Shown: piece after piece, positions 37,889 through 48,326 of the stretch
How the letters are laid out: each line of letters begins with the position of its first letter
How positions within the stretch are numbered: position 1 is the stretch's first letter
Assembly (NCBI GenBank): GCA_043228905.1
Contig: JBHGNT010000030.1
Span: forward strand, 62,001 to 126,000
Length of the DNA: 64,000 bases
From: Azolla caroliniana
Lineage: Eukaryota > Plantae > Polypodiophyta
Direction of reading: 5' to 3'
Notes under the pieces: generated by a model
Seen by the model: only the letters and a program-made list of their open reading frames with translations
Databases searched by the model: none
Told to the model about the DNA's origin: nothing
Translations under genes and position numbers: made by a program

Positions 37889-39500
37889 TGTGTGTGTGTG
37901 TGTGTATAAAATTGAATTGGGGATTAAATGACAGTCATACAACAATGGATTTCATGGTACAAGCTTCTTCATTATTAAAGTTTGCAAGCTTGACATAATC
38001 ATCATCATTTACTTTGTAGAAAGGTCAATTAGTTTTGAAATATTTTAGGTAATTGCAAAATACTTTCGAGTAGTTATGTTTTGCTAATTCGGGGAAAAGC
38101 AAACCAACATCCATGAAGAAATTTCAATAGGGTATGATCTGAAAAAGATACTTTTGGGAAGATCCAATTTCAAGAGATAATCATAAATTTCAAGTAAGGT
38201 AAAGGATGAAATGATATGTACTTATGTGGAAAAGGGGATTAGAATGGGTTTAATCAAATGTGGTACACGTTGCCAAATGTTAAAATGTTGATATGGGTGA
38301 TAATAATATACAAAAAACAAGATCGCACTACATAATTAACTTGATGAAGTTTTTGGAGAAATATAGGCATCAAATAGGTTGGAATCTTCATGAAAAATTT
38401 TCCTCCAATCTATACACTCGTTGAATGGTCTAGTAAAAGTACATAATCTGTAGCATGTATAGTCAAGTATTTGCAATGGAAAAGCAACACATCATCACAA
38501 AGTTGAATAAAAGCGCATGGGAATATAAGTGAAATGTATATCAATTCAGTGTGGGAAAGTGATTTAATATTCATCAACTCTTGCATCAATAGGGTTATGT
38601 CAAGTATAACTTTGCCAAATAAGTGTGCATCTCTCTCAGTTTCATCATCATTGGGTAAGTTTTGGTTGTATACAATATGTTGTTGATTTGCAATTTAAAG
38701 TCATCTAAAGAATATATTTACTTTTCTCCAACGTCTCAATTTATGGTTCTTAAAGTATCAATCAAGTTGTTTTATCATTAAGGCCATTCTCATTGTTCTC
38801 ATTGTATAAGAGCCCCTTCTACCTTCTCTTTGAATGTGTCATGGGCCAATTTTGGCCTTAGAATACGTTAATATATCTTTCTTTCTTTCTTTCTGACAAT
38901 CATAGTGACTTAATAAAGATATTATTTCTTGAGTATCTTAACTGCCGTGACCAAAGAATAACATTACAACCGAGTCAAAGAATTCCACGACAAGTTAGTG
39001 TTGTTGGAGACCAGATGATTCACATAAAAATATTTGTGTGGATTCCAAATGGATTGGTTGAAAAACATGATACCGTTGTTATACAAAATAAGAAATCAAT
39101 TGTTTAAGAACTTCAACAAATTCTTCTAGATGAAGAAGACTAAACAAGAGATCTATTGAGAGTCGAGACAACAAGAGGAAAATACTCTAAAAGCTTAACC
39201 TTCTATGCTAGTACCGCAAGAGCAAAAGCAAACAAAAAAAACAGAATATATACAATTGATTGTAACAAGAAGCTCAAAACCAAATTAAAACTATAAATAG
39301 AAGTCATTTCAACCATCTTATGAAATAATCTAAATAATTCTTAGGAAAAAGAGGCTCATCATTAGAGGTTGTTTTGAAATTATCACAAGATGTATTGTTG
39401 TGCAAAGGGTTATTGGACCAAAAAACTCCAGAACCCAAAAAGGAAGAAAACTCTTATGATGAGATGTTTTATGGTTGAATGTGATGCTTTTAATACTTTT

Positions 39501-39712
39501 CCCAAAAAAAAAACTACTTCCATTAGTTAAGTCAATGTACATAGGATAATATACAACAACTCATACCTTACATGCCAAGTTGCATGGCTACAAAAAGTCC
39601 AACATGTACAAAGGAATCAACAAAAAATAAGCTAATAATCACCGGATTAAGAGGGATGAATAGATGAGGATGAGCACTGAGCAGCCTTCCCTTGAACGAT
39701 CTCGATTATAGT
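39501..39712 (-). mobile_element. Short non-LTR retroelement sharing its 3' ~100 bp with 30070-30313
   Basis: Reverse complement GTTGTATATTATCCTATGTACATTGACTTAACTAATGGAAGTAGTTTT matches 30245-30292; 13-bp TSD TTTTAATACTTTT at 39488 and 39713. Confidence 0.75.
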
Positions 39713-40402
39713 TTTTAATACTTTTCAATGTTCATGTTGATGACATGGGTATATATGAAGTAACCATGGTGGATTTATAGTAGAGCAAGCTCTTAAATGA
39801 ATTTACATGAAGAATATTTGAACTCTTTGACTAATGTATATGGATTAATGTTGTATAAATGTGTGTTCTTTGCTTTGGGAGAACTAAAAAGAACACGTCA
39901 CTAGTCAACAAGGACGTTGATCAATGCCTTTCGTCCAATAATCACCCTTATTTTGACTCAATAATGGAACCTGTGGATACCCAACAACCATATGCTAGAA
40001 ATGATTTTGCGATGTTAATTGATAAATTTTGGGATATACCAAACACATATTGCCAACAAAAATGTGGTATGAATACCATGAGAACTCACTAGTGAGTTAT
40101 GAAGGTAATTACATGGCATGAAAGGGGAGTTTGTTCTCCTTCAAAGAAATATAATATGTGGAGAAATATTTCAAGTAGTGAATGGGATGTATTATGTGAA
40201 ATGGAGCATAAGTATCATGCTAAAACTTGGTCTTCTTTCAACATAAATGATATCATGTTTATTATGCTAGAGTTGATGGCGGACCTTATTTTGATGCAAT
40301 CCTTATTGTGAGGAACAAGCTCCACCATGTGTTGATTCAAAGTGACGTTCATGGACGATTCATATATCACCTATGAAGGGGAAAGGATAGGGGTCATGGG
40401 CA

Positions 40403-43365
40403 TTTTTTTTTTTTTTTTTTTTTCCAAAAAAAGATACTACATTAGTATTAGAAAACCGCCATAAGGCTAAACATACAAGCTATACCGATCCCCTATATTT
40501 TTCTAAAGTCTAACCATTGGCTTGAATAAACACTTTGGTGTTGAGTAGAACCACTCCACCTTACCAAAATACCGTCTATAAAATATACCTATGTCCCAAA
40601 TGGCATGAAACTCCACCCGCCTAAGCTCCGCTTGATGCGTATTACCTTTTATACCATCCAAAATCCCTCTAAGATTATGTACAATCTCTATCCAAATTCC
40701 GGAGATTATTTGAGCAGGTCTTTCAGTCATATTTTGAAATACCTTCAAACATCGAGCCTTCCAAATATACCAAATTGTAATACTGCTTACCAATTGCCAT
40801 ATTTGAGGTTTATCAGTTTGTATTTGTGGATTCGGAGGGATCAAAATTTTTTCCATCATACCATGCCTCACCATAATAGCATCCGCAACCTCCTCCTGTT
40901 CATATTCCATCGGTTTATCATGTACCGCTGCCCATAATACTGCACCCCATGTGTACACTGCTCTAGGATATATTGGAATTAAAAATTTTATAATTTGTTT
41001 CCATATATCCATAGCAAAACCACAACTCCACAAACAATGTTTAGCAGTCTCTATTACATCTGTACAAAAAGGACACATCTTGTCTACATTTCCTTTTCGC
41101 CACCCATTAACTGGTATAGCATTATGAACCAACAACCATCGAAAACCAACAATTTTCCTACTCATCTTTATACCCCATAACCATTTCCAAAATTGTTTAA
41201 GATGTTGTGGAGAAAGGTCATTTCGTCTCCAAACAATATTTGCAGTTGGTTCTTTCCATGATCTAGCAGCTAATACTTTCCTACCAATCCTCACAGAATA
41301 CTGAAAAAACGGCACATATTTAATGTTATCTTGCATCCTCACCTTCCAATACAGTTCTCCAGGATCCCAAGTTAGTGTAGATATTGATCTCCTTTCCAAA
41401 ATCCAAATCCTCCACAAACAATTCACCTTTTGAGGATCCGGGTCTAATACCCAATTTGATCCATCATTTGCAATCACCCTCACTTCTTTATGTAAACAAA
41501 AACTAAACAAATCATGTTCCATAGATGTACAGATTAACCTACCATCATCCTGTACATCAAAAGTCATGCATTCTTGTTCCCCAATATAGGCTTTCACTCC
41601 AATTAAAACATCCAATGGAGTAAATAAACCCATCCACTTGTGTGTAGTATATCCAATTTGCATTTGAACATTAACAAGGGCATTCTGGATCGCAGAATAC
41701 ATTATCTTCCCACCCCTTATATTACTAATTAATAGCATTTGTTGATCTATAGATTTAGACAAAAAAGTTATCCATGCACCTATAGACTGTGCTGGCCCAC
41801 GATCTAATTCTGCCCATGCACATTTAGTACGCTTTCCCAACATTTGTCCTCTTAGGTCAGTCAACCATGAATTCCAAATCAGCGGTTGCCTACAGAATTC
41901 AGATTCTGTTTTTGGCAATGTCTTAACTAAATCACGAGAAATATCTTTCCATGCTTTAAGAACACATCGAGCAAATCTATCTTCCCAACTTGTAGCAATA
42001 GCCAATTTATTATGTTCCATAAAAGCCCATCTAGCACTAGGCGTCCAATCTCCACCCGTCTTGGGACAAAACCTTTGCAATTCATAAAACAACAATTGTT
42101 TCCAAGGTTCCGATCCTGGCAATAATCCTCGAATCACCAATTTTGCCATTAAAGCTTTCGATTGTTGTAATGGATCCACAATCCCTAATCCTCCTTGATC
42201 CAATGGCTTAACAATTGTGGACCAAGAGACTTTTGCCCTAGCATGGCTTCCATCATTACCAGACCACAAATAATTTCGAATCAATCTTTGCAATTGTCCC
42301 ATACATGATCTCGAAAAACTCCAACATGACATAATATACCAGAGACTAGACAACAAAACATGATTAACGACTATCACTCTACCCGCAAATGATAGTTTAG
42401 CTTTACTCCAAAACATAAGTTTTTTCCTAATTTTCAATAACAAAGAAGCAACCTGAATTTCTGAAGAAATATTCAACCCTACTTGACATCCCAAATATCT
42501 AACTGAATTGCCCTCGGGAACCCATCTGAAATCTGGATGAGGACTCCATTGTGGAGTTGTGGAATCGGACGACACCCAAAAACCCACTGATTTATTCCAA
42601 TTAATTGCTGCACCTGCAGCTATACAAAATGTTTGCATTGCTGTGTACATGTTCTGCAGATTATTATTGTGACAATCCAGATACAAACTTGTGTCATCAG
42701 CAAATTCTACATCAACCACATTTGTCCCATCAATGGGCATTGCTATTCCTTTTAATCCAACATCTTCAGCAGTCAAAAACAAACTCATTGCTTCAGCAAA
42801 AAACAGAAATAGATATGGTGCAAGTGGACAGCCTTGTCTTACACTTCGGGAAATTTGAAACTCATCACCTTTAACCCCTCCAGCCAAAACAGAACTGCAT
42901 GCTGAATTATACAAAGAAGACACTCCTATCACCCATTTCTCCGGAAAACCCAATCTTACAAGAGTACCCTGAAGGAATTCCCAATCAACACGATCATATG
43001 CTTTTTCAAAGTCAAGTAACAAAATCACTAAATTCTCTTTTTTCTTCCTAGCCAAGGCAATGGCTTCCCAAAAAAAGAACAAATTATCCAGTATACTTCT
43101 TTCCTGAATAAAACCTGTTTGGGTGATATGAATCAAATCATGCAAAAAAGGTTGCACTCTCAAAGCCAATGTTTTTGCAAAGACTTTATATATTGTATTT
43201 AACAAAGTTATTGGTCTCCATTTTCTAATATCATCTGATATACCTTCACCCTTAGGTATTAAATAAATCAAACCAACTGCCATACTACGAGGCATATACC
43301 CAGTGTCAAAAATTCTTTGATAAGCTTTTGTTAAATCTTCCCCAATATATTCCCAATAATTTATA
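40403..43365 (-). mobile_element. 5'-truncated L1-type LINE with an uninterrupted ~950-codon ORF2 (RT + zf-RVT) and polyA
   Basis: ORF 43382-40503: WRPITLLN, LLDFEKAYDRVDW, RSVRQGCPLAP, FADD, YLG, CPFC...ETAKHCLWSC; A21 tail at 40403-40423; endonuclease absent. Confidence 0.95.
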
Positions 43366-44849
43366 CACAAGATGATGTCCAATGTATTGAGCTATGGTGA
43401 TGCTTAAATAAAGATATTCACTGTGGGGAACCACTATTTTTGTCAAATGATCTTTTAATATGCGTTATAATGTGGGTCGAATACACTTCAATACATTGCC
43501 ACAATGTCATGTATAAGTTAATTTCAAAATCTTGACTATTTCTTATACATTTTAAAGAGTGTTCTATGAAACCCACATTGTCATAATTTTGCCATTGCTA
43601 CCATGAACCAAGAAGGTTTTGCATTATGTTTTGAAACCTCTTCAATACTTATTGTGGAGAAAGAGAGATAAGATGGGGATCACATGGGTTGCATGGAACT
43701 ATCTAGCAACCCTACACACTTGGGGGAGCTACATTATATACACACATGATGACTCGTAAATTTTCCGCTATTACAAGACATGCGTCATTCACAACGGGGA
43801 TATATATTCTCCAATATTCTATCGAGGAGGGTGTACTATACAAGGGAAGACACCAATTATGGTATCATGGTGACAATTACTTGATGAAAGTATTCCACTT
43901 AAAATTATTTGTTCTTCATACACTCAACATATGGTTGTTTCATGGCATGAAGCACTCTCTTTATATGTATGGGAATCATCACCTTGTAGAGAGCATTGTT
44001 AATTCCTTGCAAAAGGCACCATCGCTTTGATGGAGAGCATTGTTAATTCTATGCAAAAGGACTCATGTTTTATAGATTATTATGCTAGCATGGAAAAGAG
44101 AGATTACACCCTCAGTTGAGCCATTTGTTTTGTTTAAGGGTAAATAAGGTGAGAGTTGTGGTTGAGGCTCAATCTCAAAGATTTTGCATTTTATTGAATT
44201 GCAACGATTATTATGCATAATGCGCAATTATGGGTTTATTTGGAAACAACTATAGAGTATAACGTTGATGTAGGCCCATTTGCCTAGATTACTATTGAAG
44301 TGTCATTTTTGTTAATTGGTGCAAGTTGAAAGTCTTTCCTCCATGGAGCGTTTAACTTGCCTATTGGCGTCAATATCCATTTAGTGGTGATACCATTAAA
44401 TTATGGAACCATTGTTGTTTTAAGTTGAGGAGGATCCATGGGTTGATTGGTATTTATGGGATAAGATTCAGTTTTACAAGTGACTACTAATCTCTTGAAC
44501 TATTGCTCCATTGAGTTTCTTTTGTGATTATCATTATAGATTAAACAAGAATAGAAGGTACATAACTATAATCTTATGTATGGTGACAAATATTGAAATG
44601 TAGTTGGCATTCTAAAATCCACTTCTAGAAAAGGTTTTTGTTTTGAGAATATTGATTAGGGGTTTACCTTTGAAGAGACATGGACTAACAATAGGCAATT
44701 GGTTCATTTGCATTGCTAAGGAAGAAGATAACACTAATTGTTAAGTCTATCTCGACAAGGCATTAAGGAATAAAGTTCAAATGTCTCACCCAAACCAACC
44801 CTACGGGAGGTTACCTGGTACAATCAAATCAAGTAGTCCATTATCAAAT

Positions 44850-44957
44850 AAAGATTTGTTTGATAGTATGGACAATTGGCTAAGAAGAAATCAATTTATT
44901 TTTGTAGGTTGTTCTGGTGTTTTACTTTTTCCGATTTCATATTTATCTTTGGATGGA
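44850..44957 (+). pseudogene. psbD: Decayed psbD (photosystem II D2) N-terminal fragment, probable nuclear plastid DNA insertion
   Basis: [36 protein letters not shown] resembles D2 DLFD.[30 protein letters not shown]; similarity stops after ~36 codons. Confidence 0.85.
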
Positions 44958-45518
44958 CAAATAAGGACCAAGCCATCAATCCAACAAAAGATAGAAATTT
45001 AACGAGCTCCAATCTTTGCCACGTAATTTCGCACCTACTTGTTTTCAAAGAATAATAATACTTCTTTGAGTTGTAGAAACATCGGAACCCATAACTTCTT
45101 ATGTGCAACTTTTGGTTGGTGATGGGTGACGAGAATAAGCATTTATAGTGTTTGCACATTGTTTCTACTTTGATCCTCGTGAAATAAGTAATTTTTATCA
45201 GAATTGTCGAAAACACCTGAAAGGATCCAGACGTGTCTCGTATAGCATACAACATTAATAGAGTACAATATTTGATTGCCCATTAGATTTGGGGTATATT
45301 TCTCAATTTTGTCTAATTTCGCTATGTTGTTATTTGCCACCAACACAATTGTATTTTGTGCAATTTACACAACTTGGTTCAAGATCGAAGATGGAGATTG
45401 TTTTCCTCTTTTTGAGATATCGGGAATTGCATCATAAATGGGATATGCACAATGTTCATGTATTTGATAGTAGGGATGGAGTTAGAGAATATCTATACAA
45501 GCTAAAGAAAATATTGAT

Positions 45519-48056
45519 TGCCTCAAGCATGGAAGCTCCGGACATCGCCACTACTAAACACGCACCTCTCACATGCCCCTCGTTTGATAAAGAGAAAATG
45601 CAAGATAAATACAACCCAGGTAGCAAGAGTCCTGTTGAGATTAGTTTCACTAGCGAAGAAATGTTACTATTGGAGCAGGAGATAGATCGTCTTGAGCGAA
45701 TAGTAGTCATATGCTGAGTGGTGGGCTCCCGCCCAAATAGAGGCTTATTACGAGTATGTTGCAAGGCAAGTACCATGCACAAGTAGGTGGAATAAAGGAA
45801 GTCCAACTGCTTGGTAAAGGCCTCTATCAAATCTTCCTAGAGGACAATGATGCCGTAGTGAAACTCATAGCAATGTCTCCCTGCCAGATCCGAAACACAT
45901 GGTTGTTCATGCGTAAATGGACACATGGTTTTAACCCAGAGAAGGCTGCGCAACACGATGACTCCATGAAAAAGGTAACAATGTTGTTTCCTGGTTTATC
46001 CTTAGAATACAACATGTTACTTCCTACAATTGGAAACTCCTTTGGTATGATGTTGGACGAGGACCTCACGCTAGTGGACAAGCTAAAGAAGCAACTAGGC
46101 CCTCCCTCTATACAACTTTTGGTGCCGGACATCGATAAACTTCCTTCCAAGATCCTCATTCCTGGAAAAAACGGAATGCGGTTTGAACAACGCATAGAAG
46201 TGATCGGTGCACCGGGGCAATGTTTTGCATGCAAAAAATTTGGTCATTTAAAAAAGAATTGCCGCACGAGAGGCACTAAAGATCCCACCAAGGAGACCCG
46301 AGAAGGTCACGGAAGGAAAAAGTATAGAATGTTGGAGACGGTTTATGTCATTGCCAATACAAGACCAAGCCAACATACTCCTTGGAATCAGGGGCGGATG
46401 GGCTATGAGATCTGAAATCATTAATGCTTTATTGATTAGGGAAGCTGTTAATCAAAGGACGACAATAGAGAAATGGATAGGCTACGAGGAGGAGGGTTCT
46501 TTGATCCCAAGAGGTAGGGAAACACCAAACAGGATCACAAGCTCTGAATTGCAAGATAATGAGACACCAACACAGAATAAGGCAATTCAAGTACTAGCGT
46601 ATATTGGGTATAAATGGATTGTTAATAATTAGGTAATTAAGCAAGGGTTAATTAGTACCTAATTATGTGATTAAGTTAAACGAAAGATTATGTGATATGT
46701 GTGTGAGAGGAAGAGAGAGAGAGAGAGATACACGTATGAACAACACAAGATGAGGGATGAGTAACTATATTAAATTAGCTTTATCATCATCATCAAATAC
46801 AAAAATGCCCACAATGAGGTATATATAGATCTCATGTGCAAGGGTGCATATGTGTGAGGAGAATATAGGTACAAAGGTGTAAGTCCTATATTAAAATTAC
46901 TTGGGAGTGGAGGATTTAGGATATCCCACTTAAGTACAAGGTCCTATTTAAGGAGTTATAGTCAACACTTCTAACTAGATTCTATCTAGGTAACTACGAA
47001 GTTACATGGTTGACTAACTAACTAAACTAAGTTGAGCTTGATCTCTCAACATTGATTGTAGATCCTGATCCTATCAAAGTACAACTAGATTGGCACATAT
47101 GTACTCACGAAAACACATGGCTACGTAAGGTTAGTTGGGAGCCTTTGCAATGGACATGGCATGATCCCTACGCGGGGCAAGGAAGCAAACCCATCCCTTT
47201 CTTTCAATTCAGAACTAGATTGGGTCGCCATATTCTAGCTGCTCAAACCGCATGAGAGCTGGTTGTTGCAAAGGTCTGGCACACATATCATGTTCCTCAC
47301 ACAATTATCACCAAGTTTTGGAAAAAAATTTGGAAACAACAACACGCACGACGAATCACCACTTTCTAATTGCTATTAATACATAGGTCACTACTGGTTG
47401 GTGCATGGTAGTGTGGGAACCTTAGCTCTCCTAATTGTGTAGTGTGCCCAAATGCAATATAATCAATCCGACACGCTTTGTGGGACTGCCCAGAGGCCCA
47501 TAGAATATGGCAGGGGGTTGGTCGATATTGCAATTATGCCACGTGCAAGGCTTAATCATGTGGGGAAATATATGTTGGCTATCATGGCAGGCCCCAATCG
47601 ACAGATACGAGTATCGGGAGGGGATGACTTTGGTGATAAAAGCACAAGAGGTTTTTTTCTCCACCATCGACAATGTCCACTCAACTCCTATCAATGCCAA
47701 ATCTCAAGTTGTGTTGGAATTGGTTAGCCCAATAACTCTTTGGACTCTATGGAAACAACGATGCGACGGGTCTTCACCAACCAAACTGCGCAGCCAACAT
47801 TGTTAATGCAATAGATATGGTGTGATGTTGTAGCCACTCTAAAAAGTCAACATGATAGCTTCAAGGGGGACTCTGATGGAGTTGAAAGATAACGACTAGC
47901 CTTCATCTAGCAATGGTCGACCTCCCCCTTTATTGAGTCGGTGGGCATCCACATAAGATGGACCTATTGCATCCCTACATGGATTTGTATATATTAATCT
48001 CATATGTAAAATTTTATAACTAATGGAAGGAGTTTTTTTTTGGAAAAAAAAGAAAC
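45519..48056 (+). mobile_element. L1-type LINE with ORF1 and the ORF2 C-terminus but no EN/RT
   Basis: ORF1-like (DUF4283-type, zinc knuckle CFACKKFGHLKKNC) at 45529-46329; ORF2 tail IVDPDP...WEPLQWTW and ITLWTLWKQRC from 47052; polyA at ~48044; probable TSD GAAA(A/G)TATTGAT at 45507 and 48057. Confidence 0.85.
46330..47051. mobile_element. Solo-LTR-like segment lacking a matching TSD
   Basis: TGTTGGAGA...TCTCAACA inverted termini, no credible coding content, contains a GA repeat and TATATA; flanks TAGAA/TTGAT differ. Confidence 0.65.
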
Positions 48057-48196
48057 GAAAGTATTGATGTGGCAATTTCGTTTTTTGGAGCAAGTCGAAA
48101 AGTTTCTTTTAGTGGAGTGTTCTTCGTGCATATTGGCGATTTAGCATGTTCCACTACCTCATGACTTAGTAGTGACACCACTCAATTATCGTAGAA

Positions 48197-48326
48197 ATAG
48201 ATAGATAGATTCTATTATTGTTTTCGGAGGTCAAATATGACCTATGAGACCAAAAATATTACATTTCACGTGAAACATGTTAAAGTGAGTAACAAATCTC
48301 GATGTTCAAGAAATTTAACAATGAAT
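48197..48326 (-). mobile_element. 3' end of an RTE/RTEX-like LINE (same family as 29.1-31.1 kb)
   Basis: Reverse complement matches 30990-31117, including TGAAATGTAATATTTTTGGTC.CATAGGTCATATTTGAC and the ATCT tail. Confidence 0.8.
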
